Under the pieces are notes generated by a model. That model was not told the origin of the DNA and searched no databases. It saw nothing but the letters and a program-made list of their open reading frames with translations. From NCBI RefSeq assembly GCF_006345805.1, contig NC_042998.1, forward strand, positions 89,466,001 to 89,530,000: a DNA stretch of 64,000 nt, read 5' to 3'. Numbering within the stretch: the first letter of the stretch is position 1; every line of letters starts with the position of its first letter. The position numbers and the translations under genes are program-made. Below, piece by piece: positions 1 through 14,508 of the stretch. The stretch is from Octopus sinensis (lineage: Eukaryota).

Positions 1-1439
1 TTTACAACCAGTAATGTTGACCTAGATAGAAATAGCATTAGTAATGGTTTAAATATTCCTGTTATTTATCAAATGACTGATCTAACATTATCCTGTTTCG
101 TTTGGGTTTCCCAACAGTATTTGTTATTATTGTCTCACTACACATGTCTAACATACATATTGAAGCTGTAGATGTTGTATCTAAATTAGATTGTGTTTTG
201 TTTGCTGTTTAACTCATAATCAAGTAAATTTAAGTCGTAAGCATTATTTTACAAAGCAAAAACATCAAATTTACTGATGTCTGCAAAGCAGAGGTATAGT
301 TTTAAATTTCATTATCTGAATACGCATGCACTCACCTATCAACGGCTATAATGGTTTTTTTTTTTTTTGAGGAAATGCGCATCTGTATGTATGTAAAATA
401 ATCATGTTCACAGCGACCAGATATCATATGTGATTGCGTGTTCCGTTATGGTAACTTATACCCACTGAACAACGAGTACACCTGGGAAATACATCTATAA
501 CGAGGTGTTTAGTGCTACGACTCATTAAATAAACACAAGTGTGCTGTTCAGATAGTATATTAATGACAGTAAAGTCAACAGATATCATGAGCGACAAATG
601 TTATCATAATTCAAGAAGTGTTCTATTACTAGACAAACTAATCTATGACCTGATTTCCAAGACTTCACCTAAAATTTATTTAAAAGATAGGAGTAAATAT
701 TTATTTTGGGGAAGATTCTATTTTGATGAAACGTTTAAAAAATCTATCACACATTAAATCAAATGATCTCCCTCTTCATATCTATATAATTTTTCTAATA
801 ATTATACTTATCGGATTTCTTCAATACAATGATTAAGTGTTAATTAAATGGTTTATGGAAGTATAAAATAATCACGCCAAAAACATTAATTATTAATTTG
901 ATTACAATAAAGAATTTCATTTCAGAACATGTAACATTAACACGAAAACTGATTTTAAAAATGAGTATTTAGTAGAAAAAAAAAAACCATCAAAGCACTT
1001 TTGATTATTTTATATATGACATTCACGTATTCATAGATTGATATGGTCTCATTCGTTTTATTCTCCCTATACATAAGTTACGAATAAAATTGATATATGT
1101 TGTATGGTTTAGCACATAAAATAATTTAAATATACTATATATAACATTATACATGATAATTAAGTGATTTGAGATGAAGCGGAACAGCAACATACTGCGT
1201 AAAATTTAGAATTACATTGTTTCTATCAATAAATATTCTTTAACAATTGATTTGTTGTTTTGACCATATATTTATGCAAATTGCAATCAAAACAAGTAAG
1301 CCTCATCGAATAGCATGTAATAATTGATACTCCCAGTAGTTTAACACCAAGCAAAGAGATAACAATAACTTTTTTTTTCTGCAATAATTTATAATCTTCA
1401 TAAATATTTCAGAAAAATTAGTAGAGTATGTTGAGTTCA

Positions 1440-1740
1440 TGATTATAAGTTCGTGGACTCGATTCCTGGCTTGGTCGAGCGTAGTATATTTGAGTAAAGC
1501 GTTGTGTTGCACGCTGCATCAATCTACTCAACTGAAAATGAGTACCAGCCTAGAACAGATACAGCCGTTTCTCTCTCTACCTGCCACATCAACGATGTGT
1601 TGCTGGGTTAAAGGCAAGGGTCTAGAGATTTTGTCTGTATCTGCTACATAGCTGTCAGGTCATAGTCGCTATCAAGTGACTGCTATGGAAACTGCAAAAT
1701 GCATCCACTTTTTATCAAAACATAATTGATGGAAGTACTG
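1440..1740 (+). mobile_element. Degenerate tRNA-derived SINE-like fragment
   Basis: B-box-like GGACTCGATTCCTGG followed by a SINE-core-like stretch (TCAATCTACTCAACTGAAAATGAGTACC) and a simple-repeat tail; heavily decayed. Confidence 0.3.
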
Positions 1741-2935
1741 GTCTGTCTATCTATCTATCTATTCACGCACGCGCACACACACGCACTCACACACACACGC
1801 GCGCGCATACGTACACACACATACGTATTTGACTATAACGAAAATGAAACACAAATTTGAAAATATATAATTAGATTTGTTTAATATGCCAGTGTAAGTA
1901 AAGAACAATATTTAGTAGCCGGTAACATGTCGTGCTATTTAGTCTGTCCTCTCGTAATGTCAGTATAATGTCAGATGAATATTTTTATTTATAGTCGGCT
2001 AATTTAGTATAGTGGTCTTGACCTCGATTGTATGTTACTGAAGTGAAATTTGATGAGCGGAAGCACTTTACAATACCGTCAAGAAAACATTCACACGCAC
2101 TCCTTCATTAAGGATAGAGAACATGTCTAAGACCTTCAGTTCGAGAGTACGTCAAACTGTGAGTGAAGCGTGAACGTTAGTAGACGAGTACGTGAACTGA
2201 GAACTCGTAGTAGTGTGAGGGTATGTGATTTTATTTAGAGTATTTAATGTGGTATATGATGATTACGTTTATTTGAGAGTATTTGATGAAAGTGTATATA
2301 GAGTATGTGATGACAGTATACGACAGAAAGACGGTTAAGATTATACGAAGATTGAGTATGAAGTGAGTATCTTGCCTGTCAATTAGTGAGGATGCACGGT
2401 ATGGTAGCAAGTGTTGTGTGTGTGACAGATGCGTGTTTGCATTTCGGGCATATAATGTGGGAGTCTGCCTAAAAGTATGTGAAGCTGAAATATGACTTGA
2501 TTATATTCTGAACAATTTATGTTAAGAGAGTGTGGTGAGAGATGTGTGATATGTAATGAAGTCTACTTAGTGATGTCGCTTGTCATGCTGCTATATGTAA
2601 AAATATGTAAAGATATATACAGTGTCATAAGAGGCATCGATTTATTAATCCGACCAAATTATAGGAATCTGTAGATGCACAACAAAATGCGCAATCTCTT
2701 TCCATATTTCTCCATCATCTAACCTCAAGTTTTAAGCATCTTTTATGTGTATTCTTTAGTGTATGTCCACCGTTCTTTCGAGCACTTTATTGGTATCAAA
2801 TGCAACGCTTGTTTTTAACGAATTTATCGAGGGCAAAAATTTCAGTAGTGATGTAGGAGAGCAGAGTTTCTGGTTCTTCAAGACATAAAAGCTGTTTCAC
2901 TGGTCATTAGGAAGAGAGAAATAGAGAGTGGAGAA

Positions 2936-2980
2936 GCGAGGGGAGAGAGAGAGAGAGAGAGAGAGTGTGTGAGAGAGAGT

Positions 2981-3039
<59 letters not shown>
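2936..3039. repeat. (GA)n microsatellite
   Basis: Direct reading of the sequence. Confidence 0.95.
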
Positions 3040-3042
<3 letters not shown>

Positions 3043-3830
3043 TTCAATATGATAAAGAGTGCTGTTAATCTCTATTTGAACTGCTAGAATTAATGTAAAA
3101 TGTTCTTGCGAATAGAGCACACTGTGACATGTTACCAAGATGAAGATATATTCTTGAAGAGATTGATAGGAAGAGAGAGAGAGAGAGGGGGGCAGGTAGA
3201 ATCGGATTGAAGAGTTTGACGAGTATAGGAGCTAACTTTCGAACGTTCAACTGGAGGTAATGAAGAGATAATGTCAGAATCAGTGGCCTTGCTAGCCTGA
3301 ATCTATTGTAGTGTTTTCATACTCTGCATGTAAGATTTGCATGTACAAGGTGTTAAGATTAATAGAAAAAGAAGAAATAGTTTTGGAGGTGGTTTACCCA
3401 CTTTGCACAATGTAGAGGTGGATGCAAAGTGAACAGCTAATATGCCGGCATTTTCTGAGAGACTTACTGATTATAAATCCGCTATGATTGAGATGTGGTA
3501 GGAATGAAGACTCTGCAAAGCTGACAGAGATATTTTCGGCAAGGAACCATAGAAGTCAGCTATAGTTTTAGAGACGGGAATGCTTGCGATGGATTGTGCT
3601 TTGCGCGGAGTTTATTCTTCGCACTTCAGCCGATAGCGTTATACTAGTCGAAACATGTCTTTTGGGTTTGTCAGTTTTGGTTGAAACACGGAGAGACATA
3701 CCTTTAGAAATAGCTCCAGTCACCTGTCTATCTCTTTCTGATGGTTCAGTGGTGAAGAACGTGTGCTGCCAGAAATAAGTATTACAGATCAGTCGATATT
3801 CCAATCAGTCAGCCATAAGGTTTGACTGAA
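3040..3830 (-). mobile_element. Degenerate CR1/Jockey-like LINE fragment (region just upstream of and entering the RT domain)
   Basis: Minus-strand translation across frameshifts gives LWFLAENISVSFAESSFLPHL, KAGILAVHFASTSTL, KATDSDII and RKLAPILVKLFN. These match the pre-RT pattern FWSLAKN..F...SFPPL / KAELFA..F..NSTL / KA.GPD.I / ELAP.L.KLFN. A (GA)n tract interrupts it near 3170-3190. Confidence 0.6.
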
Positions 3831-3844
3831 AAAGGGATTCTTTT

Positions 3845-4199
3845 ATTCTTGTTTCAAAACATTTGACTGCAGCCATGCTGGAGCATCGCCTTAAAGGGTT
3901 TTTAGTGGAAGAAATTGGACCCCAGAACTTATTCTTTGTAAGCCTAGTACTTATTTTATCAAATCCTTTTGCCGAACTGCTAAGTTACGGGGACGTAAAC
4001 ACATCAACATCAGTTGTCAAGCCAGCCGGAGCATTGCCTTTAGTCGAATATATCGACTCCAGGACTTAATCTTTGTAAGCCTAGTAATTATTCTATCAGT
4101 GTATTTTGCCGAACCGCTAAGTTACTGGGACGTAGACACACCAACATCTGTTGTCAAGCGACGGTGGGGCAGACAAACAAAGACACACAAATGCACACA

Positions 4200-4262
<63 letters not shown>

Positions 4263-4275
4263 CGGGCTTCAAGCA
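3845..4275 (-). mobile_element. Octopus tRNA-derived SINE (family A), 3' part, with an internal ~140-150 bp tandem duplication and a (CA)n tract
   Basis: Characteristic GCCATGCTGGAGCA...GTAAGCCTAGTACTTATT...GCCGAAC(C/T)GCTAAGTTAC...GTTGTCAAGC block occurs twice (about 3875-4022 and 4023-4158); the same block recurs at 24.1 kb. Confidence 0.8.
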
Positions 4276-4284
4276 ACGTCTTGA

Positions 4285-5345
4285 AACATGAAATTCTTCA
4301 CAATATATTTCAACAATACGGAAATTTTATTCATCATTACAATCAGCACATTTTTGCCAACGAGTTACGCGTTGTTCATTCCGGTATCATAAAAATCTGG
4401 AGTTCTGGAGCTGATGAACTCCTTGAACACACTTTCAGCATCGGTTTGATTTTTTAACTCCTTCTCTCACAGGAAACCATCAAAGTGCTTGGAAAAGTGG
4501 TAGTCCGTAGGAGAAAGGTCTGGAGAAATAGCTGGGTGGGGAAGAACTTCGTAGCCAAATTCTCTTAATTTTTGGAGCGTCATTAGTGGAATGTGTGGTC
4601 GAGTATTGTTATGTAGAATGATTAACCCTCTTCTGTTGACCAGTCTGGTACAGAGGAGTAGCAACTTTTCGTTCATTTTTGCAATTTCATGGCAATATGA
4701 TTCTGCAGTAATGGCCTGTCCGGGTTTTAAGAAGTTATAGTCGATGAGTCCAGCAGTACACCACCAAATAGTCACCATAGCCTTCTTTATGAAGAGCTCG
4801 GGTTTAGGGAAGGTTTTCGGTGCTTCATTTTGATCCAACCACTGCGAAGAACATTCTTTATTATTGTACAAAATCCACCTTTCCTCGCAAGTTACAATAT
4901 GGTCGAGAAATGGATCGGTCTAGTTACAGAGAAGAATCGACGAGCAAATTTCATATCCTTGCATTTTATGATTTTCATTCAAATCGAGTGGTACCCGTTT
5001 GTCGAGCGTTTTTCATTTTCCGATCGCATGCAAATATTTTCAGGCAGTTTTCTGGCTAATTTGAAGTTATTTTGCCATCTCTCGAGTGGTTTTACATGGA
5101 TCTTTCTCAATGACGGTCTTTAATTGACCGTCATCCGTAACAGATGGGCGTCCACTACGCTCACGTTCTTCAAGGCTCAGGTCTCCATTGCGAAATCGTT
5201 TAAACCATTTTCGAGCTGACCACTCTCTGGTCAATTCCTCAACAAACGTTTCGTTGATATCGCTAGGCGTTTCATCTGCTTTACGTCCTTTTTTGAAGTT
5301 GAATAGCTAAATTGCTCGAATATTGTGCTTTGACAGTTCTATTTC
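4285..5345 (-). mobile_element. Decayed mariner (Tc1/mariner, cecropia-like) transposase
   Basis: ORF 4467-4871 has VTIWW, HNNTRPH and PHPAISPDLSPTDYHF. Upstream frames give LSKHNIRAI*LFNFKKG and KWFKRFRNGDLSLE. Multiple stops and frameshifts; TIRs not found. Confidence 0.92.
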
Positions 5346-5960
5346 AGATTATTTATTCTGTAATTGTCCACAGAGGACTATACAAAGAAGGGACAGACAA
5401 GGGGTCAGGGGGTGATTTATTCCGAATGATAACATTTGATTAAAAATTTAATAATAAATAAATATATAGAAAGAATGAAGAATAATTATGAAAAATGAAG
5501 TGGGGGGCGGGGTGCGACCCCACGAACCATGAACCACTACTGAACCTTTTTTTCTTTTTTTACCTTTTGACTTCCCTTACAGGGTCATATTTAGACTCAA
5601 CATGTACGCTACATTTTTCCATCTTTTCTCGAACACACTTAGAGGCAGGCAGCTTCTTTCCATCTTTATTTTCCTTTTGAGTTGGCAAACGAAGTAGTTT
5701 ACCAACCCTGGGCTGGAGATGAAGTCGCTTGTCCAAATTCCTCTCAAATCGACTTTCATACTACCTCTTTCGCAGTCGCTATTGCCGCAATGAAACAAAC
5801 CTTCCTTTCTCTTCAAAGGGAGAGAGGTGGAACAATCTTTATTATAGACTCGGAAGATAGCTATACTCTTCCTAAACACGACAGCAGGTGTTCAGCAGAA
5901 ACCCACATCTCCGATATCCTCGGGCACTGCACAATAGCGTGCAGAACAGTTTCACAGTTG
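5346..5960 (-). mobile_element. Tx1/L1-clade LINE 3' fragment (C-terminal zinc-binding region and 3' UTR)
   Basis: Minus strand reads TVLHAIVQCPRISEMW...AKEVVW...SPGLVNYFVCQLKRKIKMER...FEKRWK, the H-x4-C end of an L1-type zinc knuckle, followed by a UTR-like stretch with AATAAA. Confidence 0.6.
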
Positions 5961-8460
5961 TTTACTTTTTGTTTTACACCTGTAATTTTCATTTATTTTG
6001 TGTCTTTCAACAATTTTCTGTTCAACTCCTGAACTTGTTGGTTCAAATCTTCGTCCGTTGAAAAAAAAATATTCAAAAAGGGAAAAAGTTTCCCCAATGA
6101 GGAAACTGTTAACAAATCTACCAAAAGGCAGTAAAATAAAATGTTTCGAAACAAACACAATAAAAGTTCAACAAAACAGTAATACTTCCAACAATAATTT
6201 CGACAAAACCACAATATTTACCAAAAAGACGTCCAAACCAACCGGTCAATTTCAGATGATTGTAACTACTATAAAAAAAATATTAATGTTAATTTATTGA
6301 TGTATTTAGATAAGTCTATGGCTCTATTACCAGAAAATTGCAAAAAAAAAATGTCTAAAACAAATTCAAAGCTCTGCAAAAGTCCGATACAAATTCTTCA
6401 TGGTTCAAAACAATGCTTAATTTTTACTCATCCTGATAATTAATACAGTGAGTTGAAGAGCGCGAAATATTCGTTTCTGTCTATACCGGTGTCATTAGCA
6501 CGAGATAAATCGACAGCCAAGGCGAGTTGAGAGCATTAAAGTTACTGAAGACAATAACGTCAATGGGTAAGGTGAAGCGTATCTTCAATGCAATAAAATA
6601 TTGTTGAAAGGTTGTTTATCGTTGGAGGTGTTCAGAAAACTGTAGAACAAGTAGTTGTATTTAAAAAAAATGGGAGAGGGGAAATTTTTAGCAGAGTAAC
6701 TATAAGTCTTATACAATAAGTGGCTGATAACGAGGTGAGTGAAATGAAAGACTGAAAGAGTAGAATCTACTTGTGCACAGATAATACCATTCATGATGAT
6801 GTTTGTGTATAAAATACAGTATGGGTAGAAGAAATCGGATATAGATTAGAGATAAGAAATTTTTATTTCAGAGAGGGATAGAATTTGTGAATTAGTAAGA
6901 TGTTATATGTTTGCGCCTATGTTCGGAGTCCATAGATTGTGAAGACGCCGAATCGTTAGTGTGATGTTTTGTAGAAAGAAAGCAACGGTGCACTGTGGGC
7001 ACACGATGACTATAATTCTTCACTATGAGCCTGGTTCCAAAGACTACAACGAAATCTGTTAAAGGTACTCAAGGATTATGTGGAAGTATTAAACAGGGTG
7101 GCCTGATGTCGCTACTTCACCAAAGAGAGGAACACTACGTCAAACATGTAAAAGGAATGCACTAGCCAATGCTATAAACACATTTTATGACAAATTTCAA
7201 ATAATTTCTAGTGAGCTAATTTACTCTAATGTCGCTGGTCTTAGAGAATAACGTATAAATAATATAAAGCACCTCGTATATGAACACATACACAAACATA
7301 TACATACCACAAACATGTTATAGATAATTACACACTGTAGATAAAATTTTAAATGCTCTTAACAAAAATAATGCAAATGGTGATGATTACATATATTCTC
7401 GTTCAATATATCATGTAGGTTTGGAGCTGTAAGGTATCTCAGTATTCGAGAGAACTATTTCATACGTTTAAATGCCGAGCAATTAGTATATACGACTGGC
7501 ATTTTGTTCCTTACATTTACACATGTTCGTTAATCACTGCTCTCGGTATTACCATAATGTTATCCACGATAATAAGAGCGACAGTTCTACATTTACAGTT
7601 ACTGGAACCCGATTTAGACTTAATTAAGGACAGTATCATTGAAAGAAACATTTACCTCCTTAATAGACTACTCAACCGACATAATTATAAGTTGGAAGAT
7701 GTTTTCGAAATGTCACTTGGGATTACTTGTGAAATGAGAACGTCTTAGATGCATCTTAAGAGTTAAATCATTTTATCCCACAATATCGAAAAGTTTTAAC
7801 TTCCTTACTAACATCGGGCATTTTCTTTATTTTAGAGAAGATTTATATTGTACCATAAACAGTGATTTAACATTTGAAAACAAAATGTTACATATGTCAA
7901 ACTACGCTGCGTATATTATAATACAAAATAAAACGTAAAATTTAATTGCAAAGATTACAAACCTTGAATATTTATTTATATGTTCATTTTGTAATTTGAA
8001 TGCAACGGCCATATGAATACGCTTCAACGATTTCTGTTGAAATTCTTTGTTTGTAATCAAAGAGCGACGGTTTCTTATTTGATGCTGATATTCTGAGAAG
8101 AAAGCATCCCCACAACAATTGAAGCACTGATACAACATAATGATCGTGGTATAAATTATAATTTATTTGAGCTATGAACATTTTCTTGATTTTGTCTTTG
8201 TATTTATGTCTCAATACACACGCGCACGCACGTACCCCCCCCCCCACACGAGTGAGTGAACAAACGAAATAAAGAGGTACTCAGTAGCAGGAGTTACATA
8301 TATTATTACTTAAAACAGTGTTATTCGATCTCATGCGACATGAATTTCGTTGGCTCGTTACAGGAACCTGGGCTCTTCGAGCTCAGGCGGCCGAGCCCAG
8401 GTTCCTCTGGCGACCCTACGTAACTTTACGTTTCATGGAACCGAATTAAACTGTTTTAAA

Positions 8461-8471
8461 TAATATTAGTG

Positions 8472-8539
<68 letters not shown>

Positions 8540-8565
8540 GATAATAATAATAATAATAATAATAA
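8461..8565. repeat. (TAA)n microsatellite with TGA variants
   Basis: Direct reading of the sequence. Confidence 0.95.
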
Positions 8566-9121
8566 ATGCCCTGATGCAGTACCAGGCAGTGGCTCTCATG
8601 GCTTCTGATCTTAACTGATTGGAAGTGTTATCATGTACATTGTTTTGTCTTGGTATAAAAGATGGGCTACAGCAAATATTCTGCTCAATACCACAGATTT
8701 GCTTGTCAGTTGTTTGACCTTAACCAGTTGAGCATGTCCCTTAGTGGCTGACGATATGTGCATCTCTGATCACGAGCAGAAGTAGTGGGGGAGCATCATA
8801 GCCATGTGTTGAGAGGGATTCTTTGGGGTTTGAATAGTTCACCTCTGGAAACATGGGTGGTTCTTTCAACATCCTTAAGCAACCCTTATTCAGGGACCGT
8901 TTGAGCGGGATGGGCTACTCAACCTGAAGAAAATTCTAACTGGGCCCCACCTGCAAGGTCATGTGCTGTTTATCTTGATATGAGATCACCATGTCGCGCA
9001 CATATGGTTGTGATGCATGTGCCTGGTGTACCTTTATCAGACGGGTAGTCATGATGGGTATATTGGGCTTCGTATATTTTACCCCAGTGTCACTTTGATG
9101 GCATGAACTGCTCTCTCACTC
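8566..9121 (+). mobile_element. ~550-bp non-coding interspersed element flanked by (TAA)n, copy 1
   Basis: Aligns end to end with 59497-60036. Both start at ATGCCCTGA and end at CTCTC..(T)C followed by (AAT)n. No ORF resembling a known protein. Strand assumed from the (AAT)n tail. Confidence 0.75.
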
Positions 9122-9137
9122 AATAATAATAATAATG

Positions 9138-9195
<58 letters not shown>

Positions 9196-9197
9196 TA

Positions 9198-10672
9198 ACA
9201 AACATACAAATATTTAGGGATAAATGAAGGCTCTGGTATTCAGCATGCAAGCATGAAAGAGAAGATCAGGAAGGAATGTTATAGGAGAGTTCATGCAGTC
9301 CTGAAATCTGAACTAAATGCACGTAACAAGGTGTTATCTATAAATTCCTTAGCAGTTCCAGTTGTTACTTATAGCTACAATGTGTTGAACTGGAATATGA
9401 GTGAAGTAAAGAATATAGATAGGAAAATACGCAAGCTGCTGAATTGTAATAGGATGCACCACCCAAAGGCAGACGTAGATCGCCTTTACCTTCCCAGAGC
9501 CCAAGGAGGTCGAGGCCTGATCGAATTTGAACTAGCTTACAAAACAACCACAATTGGACTGGCCAAATATCTCGAAATATCGAATGACTGGATGCTAAAG
9601 CTCGTGGAAAATCACGAGAGACGAAAGAAGCTTCATTCTATTATAAAGGAAAGCAAAAAATTTGCTATTGATCTCGTGCAGGATACCCAAACAGAACAAC
9701 CCGAGGGAAGTACGGCAATTATTGTTGCAAAGAAGGTAATAATAATGGCAACGAAAAAAGCGCACGAGCAATTGGCTGATAGGTGGGAGGAGAAACCTCT
9801 GCACGGCAAATATGTGACCCGCAGCAAACAAGCTGATGTTGACCAGAAGCAAACCCCTCAGTGGCTACGGAGCTCAGGGCTAAAAGCAGAGAGCGAAGGT
9901 TTCATCCTGGCTGCTCAAGATCAAAGCCTATTAACCCGGAACTACCAGGCCAATGTGATGAAAAATGGAGCAGACGCAAAATGCCGATTCTGCAACGACA
10001 TGATTGAAACAGTGGACCACCTAATCTCTGGATGTAAAGTCTTAGCACCAGTGGAGTATAAATTAAGACATGACAGAGTTGGCCAATATCTACACTGGCT
10101 AATAAGTCGGCATTAGAATATCAAAACTGCCGACAAGTGGTATAATCACCACCCTGAGGCTGTAACTGAAGGAGAAAATGTAACCATTCTGTGGGACTTT
10201 CCAATACATACAGACCGAACCATCAAGGCCAATAAACCAGATATTGTTGTGAAAGACCAAAACAAAAAAGTTTGCTTATTGATCGACATGAGCATCCCCT
10301 GTGATCATAATATCTCAGCGAAAGAGTTTGACAAGCTCAGAAAATATAAAGACCTACTCATTGAAATTGAGAAAATGTGGCATCTCAAGGCGGTTACAAT
10401 ACCAGTGATCGTAGGAGCACTAGGAATGATCAAGAAGTGCAAAAGATTGTCTTAACTGGTACATCACACGTATTGAGAAGAGCATTGTCGATGTGAGAAC
10501 TGTTGCTGCTCATGTATTTTAATTTAACTTAAAAAAAAAAAATTAAAAAAATGAACGAACTATTGAGTTTGGTTTAATGGCCTACCAATGTATACTATGA
10601 GTTTCTTTGCCCTAGGAGTCGGGAAGACACTCGGCAAGAAATGGAAGCAAATTTGAAAGAAGAAAAAAAAAA

Positions 10673-10673
<1 letters not shown>
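9198..10673 (+). mobile_element. R4/Dong-clade non-LTR retrotransposon, 5'-truncated (family 1)
   Basis: Frame reads YKYLGI, RLYLPRAQGGRGL, GFILAAQDQ, CRFC...DHLISGC, RHD, then after a premature TAG at 10114-10116 NKPDIVVKD...LIDMSIP...K..KY (RLE nuclease). Small deletion near the C-terminus; (TAA)n on both sides. Confidence 0.93.
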
Positions 10674-10733
<60 letters not shown>

Positions 10734-10750
10734 TAATAATAATAATAATA

Positions 10751-11755
10751 AAGTGACACAGGCGGATTATATGTACCAAGAAAAAGAGGTGGAAGAGGAC
10801 TGATTGGATGCGAATACAGCATTAGAGCATAAGAAAACAACACAGCATGGTATGTAAAATATGCCACAGAACTGCTATTATTAGAAGTAAGAAGGTTAGG
10901 CTTATGTACGATGGAACATGGCAAAGATTAAGCACTGTACAAGCACTTGAGAATGAATGAAACTGAAAATGGGTGTATAAAGAAAAGAATGAATGGACAA
11001 TTTCATAGGGATGTTGAAGATAAGACAGACAGAGAGAAAGATGGCTGTGGATGACTAAAAGTGATTTAAAATCGGAAACGGAGGCTCTAATCTGTGCTGT
11101 CCAAGAGCAAGTACTAACAACAACAACACATCTGAAAGTGATAAGTGCAGACTCTGTGGACAAAACGATGAAACCGTATAGCATATTACCAGCCAATGTA
11201 CGTCACTAGCCCAGAAGGAATATAAGAGACGCCACGACAATATAGCCAGGCTTGTCTATTGGACATTTTCCTACAAGTATGGAGTTGACAGAGCAGAAAA
11301 TTGGTACGACCACAAACTGAAGGCATCGTCGAAAACACAATTGCAAAGATCCTGTGGGATTTTATGATTCAGTGCGACCATGAGATAGAGAATAGGAAGC
11401 TGGACATTGTTGAGAAAGAAAGCAAACTATGCTGGATCATAGATATAGCATGTCCAGCTGACAACAAAGTATACGATAAAGAAGAAAGATATGACAAGTC
11501 GAGAGATATGACAGGTTAGCTTGGGAAGTTAATCAGTTGTGGTCGATGAAGAAGGAACAGCGGGCAAAAATCTCAAGAAGGACGTGGAACAAATAGGGGC
11601 TGCAATAAGGGTGGAGCACTTGCAGAAACTGCACGGCTTGGAACTGCACGAATGCTCTGGATGGTGCTCGAAGAATAAGAGGTGTTACCTTAGTTCACTG
11701 GTAGTGAATAGCTGACTCTGTAGTACATTTCCAGCGTTAGAAGCTGTGCAAAGGC
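10751..11755 (+). mobile_element. R4/Dong-clade fragment, 5'-truncated and decayed (family 2)
   Basis: LYVPRKRGGRGL, ETEALICAVQEQ, CRLCGQNDETV*HITSQC, RRHDNIAR, ILWDFMIQCDHEIENRKLDIV, IIDIACPAD; stops and frameshifts; (TAA)n flanks. Confidence 0.88.
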
Positions 11756-14338
<2,583 letters not shown>

Positions 14339-14384
<46 letters not shown>

Positions 14385-14395
14385 TAATAATAATA

Positions 14396-14445
<50 letters not shown>

Positions 14446-14508
14446 GATGATGGTGATGGTGATGGTGATGGTGATGATGATGATGATGATGATGATGATA
14501 ATAATAAT
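14339..14508. repeat. (TAA)n then (TGA)n microsatellite
   Basis: Direct reading of the sequence. Confidence 0.95.

Noticed and set aside
2040-2640. Strand-biased stretch resembling a decayed LINE 3' end (HIICPKCKH on the minus strand)
   Set aside because: Probably an old retroelement, but no motif strong enough to assign a class.
8330-8460. HDV-like ribozyme at the GC-rich hairpin
   Set aside because: No P2 partner strand or nested pseudoknot could be found; kept only as an unexplained hairpin.
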